A stretch of 45,002 nucleotides of DNA from Octopus bimaculoides (Eukaryota): assembly GCF_001194135.2 (NCBI RefSeq), contig NC_069003.1, forward strand, positions 14,428,540 to 14,473,541. The letters are read 5' to 3'. Shown in pieces: positions 10,941-23,679 of this stretch. Position 1 is the first letter of the stretch. Each line of letters begins with the position of its first letter. The notes beneath the pieces were generated by a model. The model had not been told where the DNA came from. It saw only the letters and a program-made list of their open reading frames with translations, and did no database searches. A program made the translations under genes and the position numbers.

Positions 10941-12420
10941 CTTTGCACAGCTTCTAACGCCGGAGATGTATTACAGTGTCAGCTGTTCACTACCAGTGAA
11001 CTAAGGTAACATCTCTTATTTCCGGAGTATTCGAGAAGTTCCAAGCAGTGCTGTTTTCTGCAAGTGCTACACCCTTATTGCAGCCCCTATTTGTTCCACG
11101 TAGTTCTCGAGAATTTTGCTCACCTTTCCCAGGGCTCCGACAATTATTGGTACTACTGCTAACTTTTGCATCGACCACAACTGCTTAACTTCCCAAGCTA
11201 GCCTGTCATATCTCTCGACTTTTCTTTCTTCCTTATCGCATTGTTGTCAGTTGGGCATGCTATATCTATAATCCAGCATAGTTTGTTTTCTTTCTCAATT
11301 AAGATTATGTCTGGCTTCCTATTCTCTATCTCATGGTCGCACTGAATCATAAAATCCCATAGGATCTTTGCATTTCCATTTTCGACAATGCCTGTAGTTT
11401 TGTGGTCGTACCAACTTTTGCCCTGTCAAGTCCATACTTGTTGCAAAGTGTCCAATGGACAAGCCTGGCTATATTGTCGTGGCGTTTCTTATATTCCTTC
11501 TGGGCTAGTGGCGTACATTCGCTGGTAATATGCCATACGGTTTCACCATTTTGTCCGCAAATTCTGCACTTATCACTTTCTGATGTGTTGTCTATTCTGT
11601 ATTTTATGTAGTTTGTTTTTAGTTCTTGCTCTTGGGCAGAACAAATTAGAGCCTCCGTTTCCGGTTTTAAATCACTTTTAGTCATCTACATCTTTTTTCT
11701 CTGTCTGCCTTATATTCAACATCCCTATGAAATTGACCATGCATTCTTTTCTTTACCCACATATTTTCAGTTTCATTCGTTTTCAATTTTTGTATAGTGC
11801 TTTATCTTTGCAATCTTTCTTCCTACACATGCCTGGCCTTCTTACTTCTAATAATAGCGGTTTTGTGGCATTTTTTTTTTTACATACCATGCTATGTTGT
11901 CTTCTTCTGCTCTAATACTGTGCTCGCATTCAATAAGTCCTCTTCCCCCTCTTTTTCTTGGTACATACAGTCTGTCTCTGCCTGTTTTTCGGTGGAGTGA
12001 CCCATATCTAGTTGGTAACTTCCTTGTCTTTCTCTCTAAGCTGTTTAGTTCGCCTACTGTCCATGTGAGTACTCCTGCTCCATATCTAAGAACTGAAACT
12101 GCCCAGGTTTTGATAGCTTCGATCTTATTCCGTCCATTTAATTTCGACTTTAGGATCAGTCTCAGTCTGCGCAAGTACTCCACCTTAAAATTTTTCTGTC
12201 ATTTCTATCTCCATCAATTTATCCATTTCCAAAATCCCCAAGTACTTATAGCCCGTCTCTTCTCTCTGCTTCATAACCTCCCCCGACGGTATCGATAGCC
12301 CGTCCATACATTTGATTTTGCCTCTCTAAATACTAACACACCACACTTTCTCGTCCGAACTCCATTCCTATATCAGCACTGAGAGAATTGACTTGGGCTT
12401 CATCTTTACCATAAAGTTTG
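10941..12420 (-). mobile_element. R4/Dong-clade non-LTR retrotransposon, 3' part (RT C-terminus, CCHC finger, restriction-like endonuclease), frameshifted
   Basis: Minus-strand frames give KLYGKDEAQVNSL..SADIGMEFG, GYKYLGILE, EYLRRLRLILKSKLNGRNKI, CRICGQNGETVWHITSEC, ILWDFMIQCDHEIENRKPDIILIEKENKLCWIIDIACP (PD..D REL motif) and VVPIIVGALG..LQKTALLGTSRILRK*, then a short 3' UTR and (TAA)n. Confidence 0.9.
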
Positions 12421-12530
12421 CACTGTGCTTGACACCACTGACACTGATTCTGAGGAAAGCAAAAGCTGGGTATGTATTCAAAATCCGCCAACAAAAAGTC
12501 AACCATTTGTTATGCATGGATGACCTCAAA
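12421..12530 (+). mobile_element. Inverted 5' segment of the same R4/Dong-like element (RT catalytic motif)
   Basis: 12423-12530 (+) translates as LCLTPLTLILRKAKAGYVFKIRQQKVNHLLCMDDLK, the sequence expected immediately upstream of the minus-strand KLYGKD. Confidence 0.85.
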
Positions 12531-12612
12531 TTAAGTACCAGTTGCTAACTGGATTTAATCGAATGGCCCCTAACCCCAGATTTTCGGGACTTGTGCCTAG
12601 AGTAGACAAAAA
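12531..12612 (+). mobile_element. SINE family 1 3' fragment
   Basis: TTAAGTACCAGTTG...TTTAATCGA...GGGACTTGTGCCTAGAGTAGA. Confidence 0.7.
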
Positions 12613-12823
12613 TATTTGTCAACAAGGTGACAAAAGCGTTGTACAAGCATTTGCCACTTGAATCCAACAAGGTACAGATATCTCAGTATTGTATTAGTCA
12701 TCTGTCAAGACGAGGCAGTACTCCTTTCCCTTCTCTTCCTCATTATCATCATATACATATATGTGTGTGTATATATATATGTATATATATATATATATAT
12801 GTACATATATGTATGTAAATATA

Positions 12824-12865
<42 letters not shown>

Positions 12866-13382
12866 TGTATATATATGTATGAATGTATAAATATATGAAT
12901 GTATGTATATATANNNNNNNNNNNNNNNNNNNNNNNNNNNNNNNNNNNNNNNNNNNNNNNNNNNNNNNNNNNNNNNNNNNNNNNNNNNNNNNNNNNNNNN
13001 NNNNNNNNNNNNNNNNNNNNNNNNNNNNNNNNNNNNNNNNNNNNNNNNNNNNNNNNNNATATACATATATGCATATATATATACACTTATATATATATAT
13101 ATATATACAAACGTATGTATATATAAAGTTAAATTTTCTTATAAAGTATGGTTTTAAGTATCTTTCATAATATCTGAACTGTATTAAGAAGTGCTCATTG
13201 CGAACTAAATCGAAGGGTAAGGGAAATTATAGAAAGAACACATCCAGGCAATCAACACAAATTCAAAAGCATAACTTAAAACACACAACGAAATAAATAT
13301 ACATATAAATTTAGAAATCAGTGAACAAAATTACATGTAAAAATCCTATGTGAAAACTAAGCATGATTTACTTTGGATTCAG

Positions 13383-13425
13383 GTATCGAATGAAGGAGTG
13401 ACACATAAAGAGAGAAAAATTCGAG
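13383..13425 (+). CDS. Candidate internal exon (phase 0-1), VSNEGVTHKERKIR(G)
   Basis: Acceptor TTTACTTTGGATTCAG| and strong donor GAG|GTAAGG; single open frame. Confidence 0.4.
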
Positions 13426-13767
13426 GTAAGGACTTCTAAAAGGAACTGTGCGAATCGATTAAGAATTTGATGTTTATACGAAATGTCGGATCAGAGTTCG
13501 AAATTTAAAAATTCAGGTTTAAACAAGTTGATAAATAGGTAGATAAAATAAATATGTACAAATTCTGGTGAATTCGGGTAAAGGAAATCATCTACGGTCG
13601 TTTCAGGGGTACAATAAATGTATAAATGGCGTTTTAAGTATTCAAAATACAGAAAAATGATGCTACCCATCTCACCAGGATGGTTTCCCTTGCGATGAAA
13701 TCCTACATGGTAATAATTTGATAGATTAATCAATCAAATTCCTTCTATAATTTCCCTTATATATATG

Positions 13768-13815
13768 GGCGCTGTTGTGGCTGTGAGGTAAATAGTGTGC
13801 TTCCCACCCACATGT
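13768..13815 (+). mobile_element. SINE family 2 head fragment
   Basis: GGCTGTGAGGTAAATAGTGTGCTTCCCACCCACATG resembles GGCTGTGTGGCAAGAAGCTTGCTTCTCAACCACATG at 34377. Confidence 0.45.
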
Positions 13816-13942
13816 GGGTTGATATTCACTTTTACTTGTGATGGTATCTTAATAATACCATCCCACTTATGTTTATGTTTCTTTTCCCTCCCACCAAAAT
13901 AAATATACATACACACACACACGCACACACATATACACACAC

Positions 13943-13984
<42 letters not shown>

Positions 13985-14018
13985 CACACAAGAAAGATAC
14001 AACTTAAAATACCTATAT

Positions 14019-14353
14019 CTTTTACTTGTTTCAGTCATTTGACTGCGGCCACGCTAGAGCACCGACTTGAAGGCTTTTAGTCGAACAAATCGACTCCAGG
14101 ACTTATTCTTTTAGGCCTAGTACTTATTCTATTGGGCTCTTTTGCCAGACCGCTAACTTACCAAAACGTAAACACACGAACATGGATTGTCAAGTGATGG
14201 TGGGAGACAAACACAGACAGAAAGACACACACGCACACAGATATATACCAAATCCACTTACAAGGCTTTTGTCGGCCTGGGATTATAGTGGAAGACACTA
14301 GTCGAAGGTGCCACACAGTGAAACTGGACCCGGAACTATGTTATTGGGAAACC
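14019..14353 (-). mobile_element. SINE family 2, near full length (head, CORE-like domain, internal CA/TA repeat, 3' tail)
   Basis: Collinear with 31103-31500. Confidence 0.85.
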
Positions 14354-14436
14354 TTTATATGTGTAGATCTTTATTTTAATTAATATTTAGCAAAAGCAAC
14401 AAAGTGAGACAAGGCATATGTGTGCGTACATATACA

Positions 14437-14472
<36 letters not shown>

Positions 14473-14487
14473 ACAGAGACACACACC

Positions 14488-14562
<75 letters not shown>

Positions 14563-15124
14563 GTATATGCATGCATACATATGTATTTGTGTGTACATAT
14601 ATATGTGTATCTATCTCTCTCTGTATGTCTTCTCCTTCTCTCTCACTCTCTCGGTTGGTCTGTTTCCATGTTTCACATCGCTCTTTCCTTCATAAGTATG
14701 TATGTATGTATGTATATATATATATATGTGTGTATGTGTATAAATATATATATATATACACACACACACACATATATATACATATATATATATGGTATAT
14801 ATATCCATCAATCTTTCTATATACTCACGTATATATCTATATAATCTAACTTATACCTATCTAGATATACACCTCCGTGCTTCTGTTTTATGTTTCTTCG
14901 TTAACGATCTATCTACATAAGTGGTATTCATTCTGCTCTGTCTGTCCACCGCACACAATATCTCTAGTTTTCCCTCTCTCGCTTTCTCTCAATCTCTCTC
15001 TCTCTCTCTCTGATTTCCCCTTTTCTGTTTCTACGTTTCCTCTCTCTCTCTCTTTGATTTCCCCTTTTCTGTTTCTACGTTTCCTCTCTCTCTCTCTCTC
15101 CCTCTCACTCTTTCTATCTATCAT

Positions 15125-15166
<42 letters not shown>

Positions 15167-15277
15167 CTTATCTCTCATTCTATCTATACACACGTCACTT
15201 AAATCTCCGAATCTATATCAGTAGAATCGAAATCCTTAACATTTCAAAATCAATTGTCTATTCATGATTTCTTTCAG

Positions 15278-15567
15278 CCTGACATTTCGTGTAACATTCA
15301 CGTCAGCCAGGCTCAATTGATTTCCACGAAATTACACCGGATATTGCTCAGTGAACCAGAGAACAATATCCGGTTTGGAATGTTTGCTCACCGTAGACGT
15401 TTTGCTTTGCAAAAACCTAAAATCTTCCACGCAATATTCTTTTTATTTGCTTGAAACTGGAGATATAGCAAGACTTATGGACGTGTGGCGTTCTCTATAT
15501 TTTTGGACGATATTCCAAACGGACACAAGTGGATACTGTTTCTGCAAGATACGGTCTCTGTTAAAAG
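15278..15567 (+). other. Exon-like 290-nt segment whose frame is interrupted by one TGA (15452-15454)
   Basis: Acceptor TTTCTTTCAG| and donor AAAAG|GTTAGG. Track ORFs 15254..15454 and 15485..15907 share one frame, separated by a single stop. Confidence 0.25.
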
Positions 15568-15853
15568 GTTAGGTATATTTTACATACATACAAACAATAC
15601 CCTTAATCCTACATTTACTTACACCACTAAACCACAACCTCCTTCGCCGGCAGGCGTCCATCCATCTCTCCATCTCTCCATCTCTCCTCCTCTCTCCCGT
15701 TCTCGCCTCTCTCTCCCCCTCTCTCTCCCACTCTCTCTCTCTCTAGATATACATATATTGTATATGTATGTACTTATTTCAATATATATANNNNNNNNNN
15801 NNNNNNNNNNNNNNNNNNNNNNNNNNNNNNNNNNNNNNNNNNNNNNNNNNNNN

Positions 15854-15893
<40 letters not shown>

Positions 15894-15899
15894 GTGTGC

Positions 15900-16055
15900 A
15901 GGCATAGTTATGTGATAAGAAGTTTGCTTCTCAACCACATGGTTTCCAGGTTCAGTCCCACGGCGAGGCACCTTGGGCAAGTGTTTTCTACTATAGCCCT
16001 TGGCCGACCAAAGCCTTGTGAGTGGAATTGGTAGACGGAAACTGAAAGAAGCCTG

Positions 16056-16060
<5 letters not shown>
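15900..16060 (+). mobile_element. SINE family 2 head plus CORE-like domain running into (CA)n(TA)n and a gap
   Basis: GATAAGAAGTTTGCTTCTCAACCACATGG..GGTTCAGTCCC..GGCACCTTGGGCAAGTG (MIR-CORE-like)..GACGGAAACTGAAAGAAGCCTGTCGTA. Confidence 0.85.
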
Positions 16061-16103
<43 letters not shown>

Positions 16104-16811
16104 GCATATATATATATGTGTGTGTATATTTATAAATACATATATATATATATATATATATATANNNNNNNNNNNNNNNNNNNNNNNNNNNNNNNNNNNN
16201 NNNNNNNNNNNNNNNNNNNNNNNNNNNNNNNNNNNNNNNNNNNNNNNNNNNNNNNNNNNNNNNNNNNNNNNNNNNNNNNNNNNNNNNNNNNNNNNNNNNN
16301 NNNNNNNNNNNNNNNNNNNNNNNNNNNNNNNNNNNNNNNNNNNNNNNNNNNNNNNNNNNNNNNNNNNNNNNNNNNNNNNNNNNNNNNNNNNNNNNNNNNN
16401 NNNNNNNNNNNNNNNNNNNNNNNNNNNNNNNNNNNNNNNNNNNNNNNNNNNNNNNNNNNNNNNNNNNNNNNNNNNNNNNNNNNNNNNNNNNNNNNNNNNN
16501 NNNNNNNNNNNNNNNNNNNNNNNNNNNNNNNNNNNNNNNNNNNNNNNNNNNNNNNNNNNNNNNNNNNNNNNNNNNNNNNNNNNNNNNNNNNNNNNNNNNN
16601 NNNNNNNNNNNNNNNNNNNNNNNNNNNNNNNNNNNNNNNNNNNNNNNNNNNNNNNNNNNNNNNNNNNNNNNNNNNNNNNNNNNNNNNNNNNNNNNNNNNN
16701 NNNNNNNNNNNNNNNNNNNNNNNNNNNNNNNNNNNNNNNNNNNNNNNNNNNNNNNNNNNNNNNNNNNNNNNNNNNNNNNNNNNNNNNNNNNNNNNNNNNN
16801 NNNNNNNNNNN

Positions 16812-16866
<55 letters not shown>

Positions 16867-17012
16867 TACAGTCACAAAGTATAAATGCTTGGACCAAAAT
16901 ATTCTTTGTGAATAAAGTGAATTACGCTACACACTATGTGGGCCAATACTGATTAGTCAATGCAGACCACATGACTTCTTTTGCTTGTTGCCATAAACGT
17001 ATATTTGTATAG

Positions 17013-17096
17013 GTGAAACAGCAAAGGAGGAAAGTGTCAAGGCCATTCGTTTGACCAAAGCCTACAGGTTTGTTCCTAGTGCGCCAGATAAAAGGA
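17013..17096 (+). CDS. Candidate internal exon (phase 1-1), (G)ETAKEESVKAIRLTKAYRFVPSAPDKR; alternative donor at 17067
   Basis: Acceptor ATATTTGTATAG| and donor GGA|GTATGT. Open frame, phase compatible with 13383-13425. Confidence 0.4.
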
Positions 17097-18535
17097 GTAT
17101 GTATTTTATGTGCGTATGTGTCTGTAGGCACTCGCGCGCGTGTGTGTTTCTGCGTGTGCGTTATTGGCATCATAAGAATTTTGACTCATGAAGTACGTGA
17201 AGCAAGGACATTTTAAGAAGTGTGAATGTCGAACCAAATATAGTTGTGAATAATAGAGTGAAAATTTTGAGTAAAAACAATTTACCCCCACCCCCATAAA
17301 AAATGGAAGGCTAATTGCGGTACACGAACCCATGTCACCCGTATACATGACTGCTGTTCAACCATTGGACGAAAGCAATACTTTGCATATCTCTATCCAT
17401 TCTAGAAACCTTATTCTTAGTAACGAGAATTGTATGTTGCTGAGGCCATAAAATTTAGAAGCTTCGAGAAAGTGAAATAATTCTTTTTAGAAGCGATGAA
17501 TCTAAGCAAAAAGAGGTGTAAATAACAGATTGGAAACATTGAGTTTAAATCGCTTTCTCTGAAGAAAGATGAAGGTTGTCCATGGAACACGAAGGTACAA
17601 CTGTGAATATACACTCGTATTTATAGCTATAGATTCGTCGTTCCTAAAAGGAAAAATGTATGTGTGTATACATATGCATTCAACTATCTGTCTGTCTGCC
17701 TGTCTATCTGCCCGTCTGTCTGTCTATATACTGTTATTGTTCGTTGTGGTGTTGTCAGTTTCCACTACAATCATGTTAGTGGTATAAAGTATTCAAGTAT
17801 GCGATATATCCCCATGATGGTACTCCAGCATGACCACGACCGCATGGATGAAAGAGTAAAAGGATAAACGAATATCCTCATGATATAAGGTATATTTTAA
17901 AAATCCGGTCTGAATAACACTAAATGGTATTTCTCTTATTCATGGTGGGAAAAATAAACCAGTCACAGATTCAATCTAGAGGAGTCAGCATAAATGTAGA
18001 AGGGAACGTTCGAAAATATATTTTAAACTGCCCCCTATGCCTGCAAGTCTGATGTTGACGGCGTCATCATGCATGCATGTATGTACGTATGTATGTATGT
18101 ATATATGCATGTATGTATGTATGTATGTATGTATGTATGTATGTATGTGTGTATGTATGTATGTATGCATGCATGTATGTATGTTTGTATGTATGTATGT
18201 ATCATTGATATATTCCATCGTTACTCAGAGTTTTCTGGAAAGACAGAACATATTTCAAAAGAATATAAGTAAAAATCATAGGCGCTTTCTTTCTCTCTCT
18301 CTATATATATGTTTGTGTGTGTGTTTGTGTGTGTCTGTGTGTCTATACTTAGAAATACACACGTGCATGAACGCATAAGCACACATGGATATATATTTTC
18401 GTGTACGCGCATACATTCACATACAGACATAATGGCATATAGCACTTGCGTATATACTAATAAGGGCATTACAATCTGTCTATGCAAACACAAACATTTA
18501 TATACACATAAACATGCAATCGCCAACACTGATTT

Positions 18536-18601
<66 letters not shown>

Positions 18602-18602
18602 G

Positions 18603-18636
<34 letters not shown>

Positions 18637-18909
18637 CCTCCCTCCCCCACTGTCTGTCTNNNNNNNNNNNNNNNNNNNNNNNNNNNNNNNNNNNNNNNNN
18701 NNNNNNNNNNNNNNNNNNNNNNNNNNNNNNNNNNNNNNNNNNNNNNNNNNNNNNNNNNNNNNNNNNNNNNNNNNNNNNNNNNNNNNNNNNNNNNNNNNNN
18801 NNNNNNNNNNNNNNNNNNNNNNNNNNNNNNNNNNNNNNNNNNNNNNNNNNNNNNNNNNNNNNNNNNNNNNNNNNNNNNNNNNNNNNNNNNNNNNNNNNNN
18901 NNNNNNNNN

Positions 18910-18954
<45 letters not shown>

Positions 18955-19242
18955 CACACATCGGTTGCGTATACCAATTTGCTTGCTTTATCTGTCGATC
19001 TGACACAAAAGATCACTAGGAAAGATATTCCTGTTATTTACACGAACTTCCGGTGAAAGTATAACTTCCATTAATGGCGGCATAAGGACTAACCTAGATT
19101 GATATGGAGACGCGGTAGCATTCGGTAACCCGGATATAGTAGCGAACAATAAAACTATTTATTCAAGAGTAAACGTAGTGATGCTACAGCACATAGATTC
19201 TTAGGTCGAGCGTCAGAGAATCCAACATGTACATGAGCATAT

Positions 19243-19282
<40 letters not shown>

Positions 19283-19441
19283 GTATATACACTGACATGC
19301 ATACAATTATATACACTGAGACCTAGACGGAAACAGAGTGACAGAAACGGACGTACGTTACGAAATGCATGTATAGTAAATAAGTTCAACCACATATTTC
19401 AGAGTTCGATCTCGAATTGTTCTTTGAATTAATTATATATG

Positions 19442-19484
<43 letters not shown>

Positions 19485-20779
19485 NNNNNNNNNNNNNNNN
19501 NNNNNNNNNNNNNNNNNNNNNNNNNNNNNNNNNNNNNNNNNNNNNNNNNNNNNNNNNNNNNNNNNNNNNNNNNNNNNNNNNNNNNNNNNNNNNNNNNNNN
19601 NNNNNNNNNNNNNNNNNNNNNNNNNNNNNNNNNNNNNNNNNNNNNNNNNNNNNNNNNNNNNNNNNNNNNNNNNNNNNNNNNNNNNNNNNNNNNNNNNNNN
19701 NNNNNNNNNNNNNNNNNNNNNNNNNNNNNNNNNNNNNNNNNNNNNNNNNNNNNNNNNNNNNNNNNNNNNNNNNNNNNNNNNNNNNNNNNNNNNNNNNNNN
19801 NNNNNNNNNNNNNNNNNNNNNNNNNNNNNNNNNNNNNNNNNNNNNNNNNNNNNNNNNNNNNNNNNNNNNNNNNNNNNNNNNNNNNNNNNNNNNNNNNNNN
19901 NNNNNNNNNNNNNNNNNNNNNNNNNNNNNNNNNNNNNNNNNNNNNNNNNNNNNNNNNNNNNNNNNNNNNNNNNNNNNNNNNNNNNNNNNNNNNNNNNNNN
20001 NNNNNNNNNNNNNNNNNNNNNNNNNNNNNNNNNNNNNNNNNNNNNNNNNNNNNNNNNNNNNNNNNNNNNNNNNNNNNNNNNNNNNNNNNNNNNNNNNNNN
20101 NNNNNNNNNNNNNNNNNNNNNNNNNNNNNNNNNNNNNNNNNNNNNNNNNNNNNNNNNNNNNNNNNNNNNNNNNNNNNNNNNNNNNNNNNNNNNNNNNNNN
20201 NNNNNNNNNNNNNNNNNNNNNNNNNNNNNNNNNNNNNNNNNNNNNNNNNNNNNNNNNNNNNNNNNNNNNNNNNNNNNNNNNNNNNNNNNNNNNNNNNNNN
20301 NNNNNNNNNNNNNNNNNNNNNNNNNNNNNNNNNNNNNNNNNNNNNNNNNNNNNNNNNNNNNNNNNNNNNNNNNNNNNNNNNNNNNNNNNNNNNNNNNNNN
20401 NNNNNNNNNNNNNNNNNNNNNNNNNNNNNNNNNNNNTATATGTATGGCTCTTTGTGGTTTTCCTCACTATTTACAATTTTGTTCCAATTGTTTTCAAATT
20501 TGGTATATGGATTAAGTTTTGCATACTTATTATGGAGATGCAATTCATTTTTCCTATAAACCCACAATTAACAATTTGGATATGTTGAAACGAAGAACTC
20601 TGTTTCCATAGTAACCAAAGATGCTGCGCATGCGCACATGGAGTGTAGGAAACAAATGCAGGTGTAGGACACACTGTATTTTGGTTGACTCTTATCTTTG
20701 TGAATTCATGTGGAGAAGAAGATACGAAAAATAAAATTTCTTTTATAAAATCCTAGAGTGTATTGCAAACATTCATTCT

Positions 20780-21180
20780 TTAATTTTTTAACTAATAAAT
20801 GTCTGTTTAAACAATGTTTTAACTGTTATTTCTAGCAACACCTCTTGGCTTGTTGGTGGCTTTCAAATATCTAATTTGCTCGCGATTGTTTAAATGTTAA
20901 CTTTGCTCGTGTATATTTTAATGTTTTGAATGTTATTTCTAGCAACTCCTGTTGATTTGTTCGTAGCTTTAAATATTTAATTTGTTCGCGAATGTTTTCA
21001 CGTCGTTCCCTGTTTACTGTGGCAAGTTTAATGTTTTGATGATGAAAGAGGTTGCGAAAGCGCTGTTTTCTGATTGGCTGAAAATTCTGAAAATTATCAA
21101 GCTTTGAACATCTGTAACATCCTTGCAAATTTTTTCTGGAATCAATGAATAACAAATTCGGATTCAGCGTCAACAATTAC
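20780..21180. repeat. Unclassified repeat with an imperfect internal duplication of ~65 bp (period ~108)
   Basis: TGTTATTTCTAGCAAC...AAATAT.TAATTTG.TCGCGA occurs at ~20824 and ~20932. Confidence 0.5.
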
Positions 21181-21777
21181 ATCTAAATGTTACAATAAAA
21201 CTTTTTTAAGGCTGCAATTGCAATCCTATTATAAAACGGTGCAGTCTCTTCAGGGTCTTAACTTGATATCCCTCAATATATCCGTTTAATGATTTTCTTT
21301 TATAAACCCTACGTTGTATAATGTAGACTTGTCCATTAAGTCAGACACAAACGATCTCTATTTCAAGTTCTGCACCATTTTATAGTAAATTTGCAATTGC
21401 AACGATTACTAATCGGTGCAACTGAAACCTATATTGGTCTTAAAAGGCAGTATATAATTATAGAATTAAAGGTAATGCTATTGCTAATTCGGAGTAATCC
21501 TTATATTTAATATTTTCAGTATTTATTCTCCAGGAAACCTATATGGTTATGGAAATATATTTAGAATTACACAACCGAATATTCATTGATTTCTTATATT
21601 ATAAGAACTCTATTGGATTTATATGTTAAAAGTTGAATAAAATATTTTGAATACTTAACTGCGAGCATACTGGTGGTCGTTTTGAGGTAATCCGTTACAT
21701 TTTACTATATATATAGCTATAATATTAAAAAAATATATATGCATATATACATATATGTACACACACACACACACAGA

Positions 21778-21882
<105 letters not shown>

Positions 21883-22029
21883 GTATGCATATATGGGTAC
21901 AGGACATCACAAAACGTAAACAACATGAAATACGAGGACAAACTTAGGTATGCAAACAAGAGAAACAAATGGAAAACAAGACAAGTAACATAAAGAAGGA
22001 CCCTTCATTAATTGTCGGCTGTCCATCTA

Positions 22030-22700
22030 CTCCTCATTTTGAACAATTAACATCATATATATATCTATATACATTTGTCGTTAATTGCTACCTGGCTGAC
22101 TGTTTCATTCTGTGGCCACATGAACTTGAGCAATTCTCAAAATTTAAAAACTCCATCAACAGTATTAACCACAGTATCTAGCTCACAATGGAATACATCC
22201 ACAAACAACTACCCTTCCTGGACATGTTAATCATGAAGAGAGATATCTAAATTCAAACCGACATCTTCTTCAAACCAACGGACTCAAAACAACATTATCC
22301 ATCAAAACATACCACTCCTTATGAATGACCTGTGAATGAAAAAGGCACTGGAAACACATAGGATTATCAAACGCAAGAGATAACCGCAATCCTCAAAAAC
22401 GTTACACACCAGCGCCAAAAAATACAACCTCACCAGTCAAAAAGTGCAACCGCCCTAACTGCGGGACTTGCATCTTCTTCTCAGAGGGCTCAACGTACAA
22501 ATCTAAGTCAGGTCAAACTTGTACCATGTGCTTCGAAGAACTTCATCTATGTTCCCAAAAGCGGAGGGTGTCGTGGAGACTACATAGATCAAACTAGTTT
22601 GACCTTGAGGGACAGACTAACGGTACACAGGCAACAAATCCGGGAGCCAACGACCAGGAAAATCTCCGTAAGCAAACATTTAAAGCAACCAGTTACAACA
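22030..22700 (+). mobile_element. Penelope-like element: RT C-terminal region and GIY-YIG endonuclease, decayed and internally deleted
   Basis: YLADCFILW..SINHSI*LTMEY..QLPFLDMLI..TDIFFKPTDSKQ (RT), followed by TCASKNFIYV..CRGDYIDQTSLTLRDRLTVHRQQI..VSKHL (GIY-YIG). Confidence 0.85.
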
Positions 22701-23100
22701 GACATAATTAAAAAAAACTTTAGTAACAGTCTTCCACGCGCGTTTAGAAACCGTAATTCCAAATCCTCATACAATAATACCATACAAGCACCAGTTGCTG
22801 ACGTCACCTAACTCTAGACCAATGAAATTTTACGTGCGATCAAAGTCGAACTTCACCAAATGCAAGAAAATGACCCTTTAAGAGAATCAACTAGGCAGAA
22901 CGACAAACTTGACCACCAGAAAAATAAGACATTACTTTAACGAATCGAAAATCATATCCGTTCATGAAAAAAATAATAAATACATCGGATTCCCCCCCAC
23001 CCCCAAAAAAACCCCTGTTACAAGTGAAAGTCCCTGCACATGACGGAAAAAGAATCACAGAAACTGTAAACAAAACCCCCTTGTTTACCATCTTCATTTC
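22700..23100 (+). mobile_element. Penelope-associated segment homologous to 41560-42300 (inverted)
   Basis: Shares CCAGTTGCTGACGTCACC..ACCAATGAAA, TACAATAA.AC.AT and AGTAACAG.CT.CC with the reverse complement of 41980-42230. Confidence 0.55.
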
Positions 23101-23470
23101 TTCTTTCTTTTTTTTTTCACTCTAACTCAGTATGACCGAAACTTTGGTGATCCCCATTTCTTATCGATCACGTCTAACACTATTGAATTTTGTGCATGTA
23201 CCATGATGATCAACATATTTTATATTATTGAATGTTGTAGACGTTTAAATCATATTCGATATTATTGAAACTTGCAAACATTGAAACTTTGAAACTTTAA
23301 AATTTTTACCACTGATAGACAAAAATATTGTTGAAACTAATTAAGTATGTATGTAAATAAATTTATTTAAAAACAATTAGTATTTTCAAATTTAGGTGCA
23401 TTTTCAACAACAAATTTTCCTATATATCTCTTAATTATCTAACCTGTCAAATGGAGATTTTGCTTGTTAC

Positions 23471-23679
23471 CCTGTGTTTGTGCTTGTCCCCCACCACCGC
23501 TTGTCAATCGCTGTTGTTTTGTTTACCTCACAGTAATATGGCGATCGAGAGAAGAGGCCGTTAGATTAAATACCAGGCTTTAAGAAAGATGAATACTGGT
23601 GCGCGGTTTTTGGATCCTTTAAGACGATGCTCAAGCACAGTCGCAGTCCATTTGCTGAAACAAGTAAATGATAAAAGAG
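23471..23679 (+). mobile_element. SINE family 2 3' tail, degenerate
   Basis: TGTCCCCCACCACCGCTTGTCAATCG...GCAGTCC..TGCTGAAACAAGTAAA. Confidence 0.7.

Noticed and set aside
23105-23150. TCAGTATGACCGAAAC resembling hammerhead stem II plus GAAAC
   Set aside because: The CUGANGA core and stem III are not recognisable.
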